From contig JAZKYZ010000039.1 of NCBI GenBank assembly GCA_045612385.1, positions 969 through 64,968 of the forward strand: a DNA stretch of 64,000 bases, in the 5' to 3' direction. The stretch is from Eubacteriales bacterium. GTDB taxonomy: Bacteria > Bacillota > Clostridia > Oscillospirales > CAG-272. The notes under the pieces were generated by a model, which saw only the letters and a program-made list of their open reading frames with translations, was not told where the DNA came from and made no database searches. Position 1 is the stretch's first letter. Every line of letters begins with the position of its first letter. Made by a program: the position numbers and the translations under genes. Shown here piece after piece: positions 1-10,389 of the stretch.

Positions 1-66
1 TAAATGCACCTATACTGCTAAAATTTGCACCCACCTAAAAATGGTATCAAAATTTTAGATTACTCA

Positions 67-485
67 CAAAAAGCACCAAATCAACCTATGTGTTGGTTTG
101 GTGCTTTTTGCTTTGGATTCGAACCTGCGCATCTTGTGAACTTTGCAAGCGCGCCCCTTTGGGTGAGCGAGCAAAAACAGTTAATAACTGTTTTTGTGAT
201 GCGAAGTCGACGAAGCAAGGAGTATCGCTTTTTGAGTGTACCGAAAAAAAACGATACGACTATGCGACTCGACAGGCGGCGTAGCCGAAGATGTCGCTTT
301 TCCGAATCCTGACCTGTCCGTTCGTATGTCGCTGAACTTCGCCTGCGCCTGCTCGGCTCGTTCATCTCCTACTCGGCGGACTTCGCTGTAAAAAAACAGT
401 CGTTGACTGTTTTTTCTTGCTCACATTCCGACCAAAAAGCACCAAATCAACCTATGTGTTGATTTGGTGCTTTTTGCTTTGGATT
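67..485. repeat. Palindrome-rich REP/MITE-like insertion bounded by 53-bp direct repeats that are themselves hairpins
   Basis: caaaaagcaccaaatcaacctatgtgttg(g/a)tttggtgctttttgctttggatt at 67-119 and 433-485 (1 mismatch); internal palindromes aaaaacagttaataactgttttt and aaaaaacagtcgttgactgtttttt. Confidence 0.7.
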
Positions 486-495
486 TAACATACTG

Positions 496-1242
496 TTATT
501 TTTTGCTCTTTTTTTGTGGGAAAAATTTGGTTTTGTATTTTTTCAAGAAGGATTGTAGCTGGCGTTTGTGGCTACAAAGTTTTTCTTCGCAACGGGAGCA
601 ATCCAAGCACTTATTTGTAGAAGGAGAAAACCATTCAGGATGCAAACGATATGAAACTTCCCAATACAGAAGGAGAAGAAGCGCAACCCCGAGTAAGGTG
701 TAGGTGTAAATGCTGGGAATGAAAACGAGTGGGGTAAACATCATTGCGAAGTCCCAGTTATAAATACGACAGGTCGTGCAACAGCGATTTTTCATAATCC
801 AAGTCTGAAAAGGGCAGAAAAAGAGGATACAAATGATATCGCAGACCGAAAAGCAAATGGCTATCAAAATAAGAATGCCTCGATCGAATACGCCCAAGAA
901 ATATAACAACCCAATTACGCCGTTCAACATAAGCCAAAGCATTGCAACGAGGGCAGTGACCTTCCACGATTGATTTTGTGGCGTGGAACATTCTTCGTTT
1001 GGCTCATAGTTACGACGGAATTGCTTTTGGCACCCTCTACTCTCAAAATGGGAGGGGAAAAAGCGAAGTATCATCTCAACAAAGAAGCTCAACCATACGA
1101 TATTTGGCACAATGGCATTGTTCGTCAGAATATCCGTACGATCCAAAATATAGGTAACGAGAACTGCCAAGAAAAGACAGGAGCGAAAAATAAGCTTGTA
1201 AAAATGCAAAAGGGAAATTTGAGAAATCTTTTTCATAAACAA
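496..1242 (-). CDS. Hypothetical membrane protein with Cys-rich motifs
   Basis: 248-aa ORF, several hydrophobic segments, CPFQ..CCTTCRIYNWD and C-terminal CxxCxxC. Confidence 0.75.
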   Translation of the reverse strand: MFMKKISQISLLHFYKLIFRSCLFLAVLVTYILDRTDILTNNAIVPNIVWLSFFVEMILRFFPSHFESRGCQKQFRRNYEPNEECSTPQNQSWKVTALVAMLWLMLNGVIGLLYFLGVFDRGILILIAICFSVCDIICILFFCPFQTWIMKNRCCTTCRIYNWDFAMMFTPLVFIPSIYTYTLLGVALLLLLYWEVSYRLHPEWFSPSTNKCLDCSRCEEKLCSHKRQLQSFLKKYKTKFFPQKKSKK

Positions 1243-1411
1243 CTTTCTATCATATAAATGCGAGAATGGAACAGTGGCCTACCAAAGAGAAAGCCTGTAC
1301 GAAACAATGACGTGGAATACACCTCAAGTGTTTATTTTATTATAACCGATTATGAAAAGCGATTTCAAGCATTTTTTGTAGAAAAGCGTTCGGGTAGATA
1401 CATATTGGAAG

Positions 1412-2269
1412 TTATGTCACAGAGCCTTCAGTGTCCTCGCTTATGATACTTTTCGCTGTCAAACGCGAGTATGGTGGAACGGAGGAGGTAAGGAATACGC
1501 TACCTCCAATGACGCTATCGTGACCAATCACCGTTTCTCCACCGAGAATTGAGGCATTGGAATAAATGATCACTCCGTCCTCTATGGTGGGGTGACGCTT
1601 CTTGCCTCGAAGTCCCTGTCCTTTTCGGGTAGAGAGAGCGCCCAGCGTAACGCCCTGATATATTTTAACACGCTCACCGATCACAGCGCTTTCACCGATC
1701 ACAACACCCGTACCGTGATCAATGCAAAGGTACTTGCCAAGCTGGGCGCCCGGATGAATGTCAATCCCTGTGACAGTGTGTGCGTACTCGCTCATCATTC
1801 GAGGGAGAAGGGGGACACCCTGTATATGAAGTTCGTGGGCAACGCGATTTGTCATAATGGCAAAAAAGCCAGGATAGGCAAGGACAATTTCTTCCACCCC
1901 TGAAGCGGCAGGGTCCCCCTCATAGGTTGCTCGCAGGTCGCAGGCAAGTTTTTCACGAATGTCTGGGAGGGTGCCAAAAAACGCTTTTGTAGCATTTTCC
2001 CCCTTTTCCTGAGCCCTCTCGACGCTTTCGCCTTTTGCGAGATAGCAGAGGACACATTCTTGTGTCAGGAGGACCATCACTTCAAAAAGCCTTTCTTCCA
2101 GTGACTTTTCGTTACGGGAAAGACGTGGAAATATAATTTCACGCATAGAGAACAGCAGTTTGCGCGCGCAATCGAGGTCAGGAAGCGCTACACCACGATT
2201 TGAAAACATACCTTGTGCGCCTTCACAAAGTTCCTTTGCGACCACTTGAGATAGTACCGAGAAATCCAT
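1412..2269 (-). CDS. cysE: Serine O-acetyltransferase (CysE/EpsC type)
   Basis: GDPAA, TGIDIHPGA, IDHGTGVVIGE, KRHPTI motifs; start at MDFS with GGAGG RBS; overlaps the cysK 3' end. Confidence 0.9.
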   Translation of the reverse strand: MDFSVLSQVVAKELCEGAQGMFSNRGVALPDLDCARKLLFSMREIIFPRLSRNEKSLEERLFEVMVLLTQECVLCYLAKGESVERAQEKGENATKAFFGTLPDIREKLACDLRATYEGDPAASGVEEIVLAYPGFFAIMTNRVAHELHIQGVPLLPRMMSEYAHTVTGIDIHPGAQLGKYLCIDHGTGVVIGESAVIGERVKIYQGVTLGALSTRKGQGLRGKKRHPTIEDGVIIYSNASILGGETVIGHDSVIGGSVFLTSSVPPYSRLTAKSIISEDTEGSVT

Positions 2270-3203
2270 CTTGACCTCCAATTTCAGATAAATAGCGCTC
2301 ACCTGTATCCGGAAGAAGCACAACTATGGTCTTTCCTTCGTTCTCACGCCGAGAAGCAAGACGAACGGCAGCGCAAAGAGATGCGCCCGAAGAAAAGCCT
2401 GCAAAGATACCTTCCCTTTGTGCGAGCATTCCTTGCATAGCGTATGCATCGGCATCCGATACAGTGATTATCTCGTCTATATATTCTTTTCTTATGAGGT
2501 CTGGCACAAAGCCTGCGCCAATGCCTTGTATTTTATGTGCTCCAGCGTTTTTTCCAGAAAGAATGGCGCTTTCCTCAGGCTCAACGGCAACCAAATATAC
2601 CTCAGGCTTCTTTTCCCTTAAATATTTTCCTGTTCCCATCAAGGTGCCTCCCGTTCCTACCCCAGACACGAAGATATCTATCTCTCCGTCGGTATCGCTG
2701 AAGATTTCAGGACCTGTTGTTTCATAATGCGCCTTGACATTCGCCTCGTTCGTGAACTGGGAAGGGATAAAACTATTCGGGATTTCGGCGTGAAGCGCCT
2801 TTGCCTTTTCAATTGCGCCACGCATCCCGAGTGAAGAAGGGGTGGAAATAACCTCTGCACCATAAGCGCGCATCAGAAGTTGACGCTCCCTTGACATATT
2901 TTCAGGCATTACGATCATCGCGCGATAGGAGTGGGTGGCGCAGAACGCGCAAATTCCTATGCCTGTATTTCCTGAAGTCGGTTCAATAATGGTGGCGCCT
3001 TCCAAGATGAGTCCACGCGCCTCGCCATCACGTAACATATAAAGGACGGCGCGATCCTTGACCGAGCCTGTGGGATTGAAGGCTTCCACCTTAGAGAGCA
3101 GACGAGCACGTAGGGAAAACGCTTTCTCGATACGTGACAGACGAACCATCGGTGTCTTGCCAATGGTTTCTTCAATAGAAGAATGAATCTTTGACATAGC
3201 CAT
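2223..3203 (-). CDS. cysK: Cysteine synthase A
   Basis: NPTGSVKDR (PLP Lys), EPTSGNTGIG, GVGTGGT, HKIQGIGAG, PDTGERYLS. Confidence 0.95.
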   Translation of the reverse strand: MAMSKIHSSIEETIGKTPMVRLSRIEKAFSLRARLLSKVEAFNPTGSVKDRAVLYMLRDGEARGLILEGATIIEPTSGNTGIGICAFCATHSYRAMIVMPENMSRERQLLMRAYGAEVISTPSSLGMRGAIEKAKALHAEIPNSFIPSQFTNEANVKAHYETTGPEIFSDTDGEIDIFVSGVGTGGTLMGTGKYLREKKPEVYLVAVEPEESAILSGKNAGAHKIQGIGAGFVPDLIRKEYIDEIITVSDADAYAMQGMLAQREGIFAGFSSGASLCAAVRLASRRENEGKTIVVLLPDTGERYLSEIGGQDGFLGTISSGRKGTL

Positions 3204-3401
3204 TCCTTTCGCTTTTGTCTTTTATATTATAGTATGAAGAATCGAAAATTTTGCAAAAGGATGAATGTTTTTTGACAATAGTGGATACAGGGGCACGACG
3301 TATATTTTTACTGCGCCTCGCCATTCCGTAGCAAAAAGATTGTGGACACATAAAATAAAAAGGGGACGAATGTCCCATATGAAGGCTTTTTGAGGTAAAT
3401 T

Positions 3402-4253
3402 ATGGCTCTTTTTTCAAACCAAGCAACTTTAACCTATAATGGAAATACAACCAATTCTAATATCGTTTATGGTGAAATTCTGGAAGCGCTTACCGTAGAA
3501 AAAACTTCTGTTGAGGGAAGTTATGCCCCCGACAGTCTTGTGACCTACGCAGTGTCCCTTCGTAACACGGGTGGCGCGTTAAGCAACCTTACCATCACCG
3601 ACAATCTCGGCGCCTATTCTTTCGGCACAGGCACCGTCACGCCTTTGACTTACGAGGAAGGCTCTGTCGTGCTCTTTGTGGATGGCGTACAAGTGGCAGA
3701 CCCTGTGCTAAACGCTGGTCCTCCCCTTGTTTTTGAAGGCATCAATCTGCCTGCCGGCGCAAATGCTGTTCTGATTTATCAGGCGCGTGTAAACGAATTT
3801 GCAAACCCTGCTGTGGATGGCGTAATCGACAACGTGGTCACAGTTACGGGTGGTTGCTTAACAACACCGGTAACAGCAACAGAAAGCACGCCTGCTGTGG
3901 CAATGCCACTGCTTTCCATCTTTAAATCTCTTGCGCCAAGTCAAGTGATTGATAACGAAACCATCACCTATACCTTCCTCATTCAAAACAACGGCAATGA
4001 GGGAATTGTGGCTACCGACAACGCTGTGGTCAGCGACACATTCAATCCCATTCTGGATAATCTTGTCGTAACCTACAATGGTACAACCTGGACAGAGGGT
4101 GTCGAATACAACTACAACGAAGCAACAGGTCTGTTCACTACACTTCCGGGTAGAGTCGTGATCCCCGCGGCAACGTATACGCAGGATCCTGTGACGGGCG
4201 CATATACCGTAATCCCCGCTACGGTAGTTTTAACGGTCAGTGGTATCGTTTGA
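3402..4253 (+). CDS. Hypothetical beta-rich protein with two DUF11-like repeats
   Basis: 283 aa; repeated K....TYT/YAV.L.N.G...TDNL/SDTF pattern; GAGG RBS. Confidence 0.65.
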   Translation: MALFSNQATLTYNGNTTNSNIVYGEILEALTVEKTSVEGSYAPDSLVTYAVSLRNTGGALSNLTITDNLGAYSFGTGTVTPLTYEEGSVVLFVDGVQVADPVLNAGPPLVFEGINLPAGANAVLIYQARVNEFANPAVDGVIDNVVTVTGGCLTTPVTATESTPAVAMPLLSIFKSLAPSQVIDNETITYTFLIQNNGNEGIVATDNAVVSDTFNPILDNLVVTYNGTTWTEGVEYNYNEATGLFTTLPGRVVIPAATYTQDPVTGAYTVIPATVVLTVSGIV

Positions 4254-4426
4254 AGTTCTGGTGAGTGATAACAACTCTGTAACCAAAGAATAGAATCAAA
4301 ACACAACGAATTTCGCCAAAGGCAAATGGAGAGAACGAAGGTCAACATTTCGTTCTCTCTTTTTTTATGAAATCCCTTGCGTTTTCCTAAAAATGAGCGT
4401 ATAATGATGATATCAAAAGATAGTAG

Positions 4427-5386
4427 GTGACACAAATGGATTGGTGGTTGATTTTACTTATTGTGGCAGGGGGAATTCTCTTCCTCATTCTATTGACTGC
4501 CTTAATTTGTTATTTTAAGGTGTTTTACTCGGGAAAGCGACATATTCTCGCAGAGGACGAATATGAAATTCCTCCAGGAGAAGAATATCTCGCGCATAGT
4601 GAACAGATAATTGAGTGGGTTAAGCTCGCACGCACTTATCCTCACGAGGACCTCGAAATCACCTCACACGACGGTCTCACGCTAAGAGGAAAATACTACG
4701 AATGTAATAAGGGGGGAATCGTAGAGATTCTCTTTCACGGCTATCACGGAAACGGTGAGAGAGATATGAGTGGTGGCATCGCAAGGTGCTTCGCTCTCGG
4801 CAGAAATGCATTGATTGTCGACCACAGAGCGAGTGGACACAGCGACGGTCACACAATCACCTTCGGCATCCTCGAAAAACGAGATTGCCTTCGCTGGGTA
4901 GACTTCGCCATCAAGCATTTTGGTGAGGACGTCAAAATCATTCTTACCGGCATTTCGATGGGAGCTGCAACCGTAATGATGGCATCTGGCGAGGAACTTC
5001 CTAAAAACGTGATATGCACGCTTGCCGATTGTGGTTATTCCTCTGCTCGCGAGATCATCCAGAAGGTCATTCGTGAAATGCGACTACCTGCTACACTGCT
5101 CTACCCTTTTGTCAAGCTGGGCGCATTTTTGTATGGTGGTTTTCGTTTGGAGGAGGATTCTCCAATGGAGGCGATGGCGCGTGTGAAAATACCAATGATT
5201 TTCATACACGGGGAGGGGGATGATTTTGTCCCCTGTGATATGAGTGAAAGACTCCACGAAGCGTGCCTTTCTCCTCACAAAAAATTCGTAAAAATTCCAG
5301 ACGCTGCGCACGGTCTCGCTTATCCAACCGATAAGGAAGGATATGTGAGCGCACTTGCCGTATTCCAAGAGGAATGTGGCTTTTAG
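4427..5386 (+). CDS. Membrane-anchored alpha/beta hydrolase
   Basis: N-terminal TM, HGY, GISMG nucleophile elbow, HGEGDDFVP, AAH. Confidence 0.9.
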   Translation: MTQMDWWLILLIVAGGILFLILLTALICYFKVFYSGKRHILAEDEYEIPPGEEYLAHSEQIIEWVKLARTYPHEDLEITSHDGLTLRGKYYECNKGGIVEILFHGYHGNGERDMSGGIARCFALGRNALIVDHRASGHSDGHTITFGILEKRDCLRWVDFAIKHFGEDVKIILTGISMGAATVMMASGEELPKNVICTLADCGYSSAREIIQKVIREMRLPATLLYPFVKLGAFLYGGFRLEEDSPMEAMARVKIPMIFIHGEGDDFVPCDMSERLHEACLSPHKKFVKIPDAAHGLAYPTDKEGYVSALAVFQEECGF

Positions 5387-5457
5387 ATAAAAACAAATAA
5401 AAAAAGAGATTCACATTTTTTCTCCTTTTCGGGATAGAATGTCAATCTCTTTTTCTT

Positions 5458-6723
5458 TTATTTTTTCTCAATGCGACGGCGAGAGATGTGCATTTGGTAG
5501 AGAATCTCGGTGGCGAAAGCAAGCTTTGTCACCACATTTTCTTTGCTTGGGAAGCAATAGAAGGAGTCATCACTCGTCGACAAGTCAATACAATCAAAGG
5601 GCTTAATGTGAGGGAAATCATACTCAACGTGTAAACTATTGTTTTCAAGTGGTGTTCTTTGGATGCGATATGGGGCATCACGATGGGTCCCTTCTAAGAT
5701 AAAACCTTCTTCAATATCGTGAATAAGCTTTGCCTGTCCGAGAGGTACAAATTCAGAGCATCTCGGCATAGAGTGGACGTCCACTACGTCCTCAAAATGA
5801 TATTCGCCACGTTCGATCTGTCCCTTCACCTGCTCGCGCTCCCAAAGGAACCAGTCTGGAACGTGAGAAAACTCAGTTTCACCCTCGATCGCTGTGAGGG
5901 TGCCGTCCTCGTTCAGGTGCCAGCGCTTCTGACACTCGGTACAGAAAATGTCTGCGCCCTCGCTCGCCATTTTGTGCTCGGTGAGGCAGTGGGGACACTG
6001 ATAAAGGATTTTGTGCATTCCTTCGGCGCGATAAGGCTCGGTGATGAGAATGCCGTTTTCCTTTTGGTAGCGATAATCGTCATATACGAATGCTTCGGCA
6101 AGACGCTCATTGATTTCGGCAACAGAAAGTGTATCAATTTCTTCCGGCGTTAAAATCTTTGTAAAGGTGGTATGGAGAGGTACCTTTCTCTTTTGACGGA
6201 AATTCCAGAAGGGAGAGTGCAGGTAGTTACCGTGATGAATGGCGACAACAACCGGTACGCGATTGCGCTTAATGAGCATTCCAAGAGAATCGGGAAGATA
6301 GGAGGTAATGCCACAGGGGGAATATCTCGCTTCAGGGTACATACAGAGAATATCTCCACGTGAAAGCACCTTACGAATGGACTTTACGAGATGATAGTCC
6401 GACGTGAACTTACGGGTGCAAATGGCGCCAATCCATTCCAGAAGCCACGCGCGCTTATAAAAGCCATCAATATTAACCACATTATTGACCCGACGAGGAT
6501 GTGTCGCAAGGGCGACCATTTCAAAATCGACGAACGCCATATGGTTGGAGAGAAGCATATAGGGGCCCTTCAGGTCATCCATACCGATTTTCTCAATCGT
6601 TTTCTTTTTATTGGCGAGCATAATTTTCGATAAAATCCAAATAAGCCAGGTGAGATACCACGGCTGACGAATAGGGTATTTTGCAGTTTTATAACGCTTT
6701 TGATTTTTATAATTGACCGACAT
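5458..6723 (-). CDS. 1-acyl-sn-glycerol-3-phosphate acyltransferase family (PlsC-like) with C-terminal zinc ribbon
   Basis: NHMAFVD (HxxxxD), YPEAR block; CPHC/CTEC. Confidence 0.8.
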   Translation of the reverse strand: MSVNYKNQKRYKTAKYPIRQPWYLTWLIWILSKIMLANKKKTIEKIGMDDLKGPYMLLSNHMAFVDFEMVALATHPRRVNNVVNIDGFYKRAWLLEWIGAICTRKFTSDYHLVKSIRKVLSRGDILCMYPEARYSPCGITSYLPDSLGMLIKRNRVPVVVAIHHGNYLHSPFWNFRQKRKVPLHTTFTKILTPEEIDTLSVAEINERLAEAFVYDDYRYQKENGILITEPYRAEGMHKILYQCPHCLTEHKMASEGADIFCTECQKRWHLNEDGTLTAIEGETEFSHVPDWFLWEREQVKGQIERGEYHFEDVVDVHSMPRCSEFVPLGQAKLIHDIEEGFILEGTHRDAPYRIQRTPLENNSLHVEYDFPHIKPFDCIDLSTSDDSFYCFPSKENVVTKLAFATEILYQMHISRRRIEKK

Positions 6724-6820
6724 ACATTTTATACCTCATTTTTAATTCGTATTATTGTAACATATTTAATCGACATATACAATGTTACAAGATGTGAATT
6801 TTGTCACAATGCGTTATCTT

Positions 6821-7576
6821 TCAGATAATAAAATAAACTTTCTCACCGTCATTGTCACAATAGCGAAGCTGAATACCAAAGATTTTCTCTAACATTCCCG
6901 AGTGGAATAAGGCATTTGGTGTATCGTCGGCGACAAGGCGAGAGCCATCTAACACAAGAACACGATCTGCAAAGCGAAGCGCAAGGGGAAGATCGTGAAG
7001 CACGACAAGAACCCCCTTCCCTCTTTGGGCAAGGGAACGCAGAGTACGCAACAGGTCAAGCGAACTTTCAATATCAAGAAAGGCTGTCGGCTCATCCAGC
7101 AAAAGATATTGACTCTCCGTGGCGAGGGCTGAGGCAAGCGCACAGCGCTGACGAAAACCACCGGAAAGCTCCGTTACAGGAGTATCTATAAAGGGGGAAA
7201 GTCCCAATTCTTCTATACACGCTCTGGCAATTTCTTCATCACATCTTCGATAGATACGTGGATAGGAAAGGTGGGGGAAACGCCCCATCAAGACGGTATC
7301 AAATACGCTCAAGGAACTCGGCTGGGTGTGTTGAGGAAGATAAGCCATCTTCCTCGCGATATCTTTTCGTTTTATATTCTTTCGTGGCACACCATCAAAA
7401 AGCACCTCACCCGTAACGCTCTGCAAGGTACCGATCAGCGAGCGCAGGAGGGTGGTTTTACCACTTGCATTTTTACCTACAACTGCTACGACTTCTTGAG
7501 GCGAAAGGGAAAAGGAAATACGATCTAATACCTGCTTTTCACCGTAAGATGCGCACAATTCTTTACATTCTATCAT
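6821..7576 (-). CDS. Fe-siderophore/cobalamin-type ABC transporter ATPase
   Basis: GKNASGKT, LSGG, LLLDEPT, H-loop. Confidence 0.9.
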   Translation of the reverse strand: MIECKELCASYGEKQVLDRISFSLSPQEVVAVVGKNASGKTTLLRSLIGTLQSVTGEVLFDGVPRKNIKRKDIARKMAYLPQHTQPSSLSVFDTVLMGRFPHLSYPRIYRRCDEEIARACIEELGLSPFIDTPVTELSGGFRQRCALASALATESQYLLLDEPTAFLDIESSLDLLRTLRSLAQRGKGVLVVLHDLPLALRFADRVLVLDGSRLVADDTPNALFHSGMLEKIFGIQLRYCDNDGEKVYFII

Positions 7577-8585
7577 ATTTTTCTCCTTTCTTTGAAAACA
7601 ACAAGAAAAGGAAGAAGGGAGCGCCGAGAATCGACATCAGGATGCCGACAGGCACTTCATATGGCGCAAAAATTGTGCGAGAAAGCGTATCGCACAGCGT
7701 AACAAAGGAGGCGCCAAGTAGCGTGGAGAGGGGTAAAAGGTGCGCCGACTTATGCACGCCGAGCATACGAAGAGCGTGGGGGACAATAAGACCGACAAAG
7801 GAGAGCAGACCACACAGACTTACGGAGGCGCCCGAAAGCAGGGCAATCAGGAGCATCAGTAGACTACGCAAACGATAGGGAGAAAGACCAAGACCGAAGG
7901 CGCGCTCATCCCCGAGCGAAAGCGTATCGAGATCGTTGGATAACGTGTACGCAACGGCAAGAGTCAATAGGATAATAATGGATGCTGGTAGGAGGGTGCG
8001 ATAGGTGACAGAAGAAAAATCACCGACTCGGAAATCGTTGCTCATCACACCGACATCCGGAAGCAGGGTTATGACGGCAGAACTGACGGCATTAAAAAGA
8101 GAATTGAGTGCAACGCCACAGAGAATGACATTTGCTCGTGAGAGTCCAAACTTTTTAGAAAAGAGCGCAATCAGTGACGTGGCGAGCATTGCTCCCAAAA
8201 AGGCAAAGAGCGAGGTCAAAAATCCACCGAGTATTCCAAAGGCAGTGGCAAGGGTTATGGCAAGCCCTGCGCCAGCGTTGACACCAAGAATGCTGGGGGA
8301 GGCAAGACGATTATGAAGGCTTCCCTGCGCCAATGCGCCTGCAGAAGCAAGAGCGCCACCCGCGACAAGACTCGCAAGCGTACGAGGAAGTCTGACATAA
8401 AGAAAGATGCGCGCGTGAGCGCTCGTAAAATCACCTTGAAGGAGAGATTCAAAGAGTGCGCCCAGTGGCAAGGGGGTGCTACCAAGCAAAAGCGAAAGAA
8501 CCGCCACACATACGAAAAGCAGTGCTGTGGCGGTATAAAGTATAGGTATGCTATTTTGAAAGGAGTGTTTCGAGAAGTGTTTCAT
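7563..8585 (-). CDS. FecCD/BtuC-family ABC permease
   Basis: RLPR, NRLASPSILGVNAGA, LGDERAFGLG, FVGLIVPH. Confidence 0.9.
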   Translation of the reverse strand: MKHFSKHSFQNSIPILYTATALLFVCVAVLSLLLGSTPLPLGALFESLLQGDFTSAHARIFLYVRLPRTLASLVAGGALASAGALAQGSLHNRLASPSILGVNAGAGLAITLATAFGILGGFLTSLFAFLGAMLATSLIALFSKKFGLSRANVILCGVALNSLFNAVSSAVITLLPDVGVMSNDFRVGDFSSVTYRTLLPASIIILLTLAVAYTLSNDLDTLSLGDERAFGLGLSPYRLRSLLMLLIALLSGASVSLCGLLSFVGLIVPHALRMLGVHKSAHLLPLSTLLGASFVTLCDTLSRTIFAPYEVPVGILMSILGAPFFLFLLFSKKGEKYDRM

Positions 8586-9492
8586 ACGCTTCGAGATACC
8601 TCGCATTTGGTTTCTGGTTAAACAGAGTTTTTTCCATCAGGTGAACACGTCCTTCCCTGACAGCGCTAAGAGAGTTCCAAGCAGGATTTTCTTCGGTCAG
8701 CCGATGAAAGGCTTTGAGAGCAGACTCGGTGTCCTGCCCCATTGTTACAACGAAGATGTGATAGGGATCCTCAAGAAGTATTGCTTCTAAACTCAAACTC
8801 TCAAGGAGAGTATTGTTTTGATCGGCTATGTTGATCGTGCCGAAGTCGGAAAGCATTTCGCCGAGTATTGTTCCTTCACTTCCCTTCACCTTAACGCCTG
8901 TGGATGAAGTGCGAAGAAGGAGGATTTTTCTATTGTAATTTGTAAAGTTCTCTTTACAATATCTTTCTTTTACGTCCTCAATCCCTTCCTTTAAGGCAAG
9001 ACCATTTTGTATGTAAAGATCTCTTCTTTCGGTAATATCGGTACATATTTTCAAGACAGAAAGATAGCCCTCAAAATTGTCAACATCAAAGTATGCAACA
9101 GGTATGGATAAGCCCTCTAATGTTTCACGCATAGCAAGATGAGAAGCCGTAGAAGCGCTGGCAATCACAAAATCGGGATTGGCAGACAGGAGTTTTTCCA
9201 GACTCGGTGAATGGGCGCCCCCAAGACTTATCGCATTTTCCAGTTCTAAAGACAAGCTATCCCACGCATCCGACGAGGTGGCGCAGACCTCCCCACCAGA
9301 CAACATCCAAAGGTCGGCAAAACTACCGAGAAGGCAGGCGACTCTTTTTGGTTTTTCCGAAAACGTCACCCTACGGCCAAGAGAATCGTCGAAGGAAATC
9401 TTAGGCTCGCTCTCCTCTGGGAGAGGGGATGTCACGCACGAGGCGAGGGAAAGGGAGAGCAAAAGAAGGAGAACAACGAGGCGTTTTAGCAT
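8551..9492 (-). CDS. ABC substrate-binding lipoprotein (periplasmic binding protein 2 family)
   Basis: Lipobox LASC, DSLGRRV..KPKRV, PSLEKLLSANPD, AVREGRVH. Confidence 0.9.
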   Translation of the reverse strand: MLKRLVVLLLLLSLSLASCVTSPLPEESEPKISFDDSLGRRVTFSEKPKRVACLLGSFADLWMLSGGEVCATSSDAWDSLSLELENAISLGGAHSPSLEKLLSANPDFVIASASTASHLAMRETLEGLSIPVAYFDVDNFEGYLSVLKICTDITERRDLYIQNGLALKEGIEDVKERYCKENFTNYNRKILLLRTSSTGVKVKGSEGTILGEMLSDFGTINIADQNNTLLESLSLEAILLEDPYHIFVVTMGQDTESALKAFHRLTEENPAWNSLSAVREGRVHLMEKTLFNQKPNARYLEAYETLLETLLSK

Positions 9493-10379
9493 AATGGCAA
9501 AAGAAGCTCCCGTTCTACGTTTTCAAAGCCAATACGCGCAATGGTATCTGCAAAACGCTCGCCCTTTACTCCATTGTCACGGAAGAACAAAATGGCGCGC
9601 TCCACAGTATCAAGGACTTCCTCCTCGCTCGTGAATACATAGGAAAGGGGTTGTCCTTTGGCGCCCTTTTTGCCCCATCTGCCACCAAGATAGATGCGAT
9701 AGCCGACTTGCGCATTCTCAAATGCGCCAAAGGGACAAGTGCTAAGGCATCTGCCACAATCGTTACAAATGACTTCGCTCTTATGTAATGTGCCGTCCCG
9801 AAAGGCAATGGCTTTCATTGGGCATTTTTCAGCAACGACACATTTTTTGCACACGTGGCATTTAGAGAGATCCGGAGTCACAATGCGCTGACCAATGATT
9901 CCGATATCGTTAAGATCTGGTTTCACGCAGTTATTCGGGCAACCACCGACAGCAATTTTAAATTTGTGGGGGAGGAGCACGTCGTGATAACCAATATAAA
10001 AACGCTCGTGAATAGCGAGAGAAAGGGCAAAGGTATCAACAAGACCAAACACACAGGTGGTACCCTTACAAGAAACAACGGGGCGCACCTTTGGTCCTGT
10101 GCCACCTGTTGTCAGGCCAAAATCGGCAAGAAACGCGATCAAGGGGTCGATATTTTCATATTTAACGCCTTGAATTTCAACGGTTTGTCGAGTGGTCATT
10201 GCCACCTCGCCCGAACCAAAACGGTCGGCAGCATCTGCAATGGCTCTTTGCTCCTTTGTTGTAATTTTACCATTTCTTGTGATAACACGTACATTGAACA
10301 CGTCCGAAAAGCGTTTGTCCCGCAGGCAACCAAGTCCTTTGACTCTGGCGATATCCTCTGGAGTCAAAACTGTTGACAT
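9486..10379 (-). CDS. Nitrite/sulfite reductase family 4Fe-4S protein (AsrC-like)
   Basis: TTRQ, CKGTTC...GCPNNC siroheme/FeS motif, two CxxCxxCxxxCP-like ferredoxin motifs. Confidence 0.85.
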   Translation of the reverse strand: MSTVLTPEDIARVKGLGCLRDKRFSDVFNVRVITRNGKITTKEQRAIADAADRFGSGEVAMTTRQTVEIQGVKYENIDPLIAFLADFGLTTGGTGPKVRPVVSCKGTTCVFGLVDTFALSLAIHERFYIGYHDVLLPHKFKIAVGGCPNNCVKPDLNDIGIIGQRIVTPDLSKCHVCKKCVVAEKCPMKAIAFRDGTLHKSEVICNDCGRCLSTCPFGAFENAQVGYRIYLGGRWGKKGAKGQPLSYVFTSEEEVLDTVERAILFFRDNGVKGERFADTIARIGFENVERELLLPLC

Positions 10380-10389
10380 TTTACCTTCC

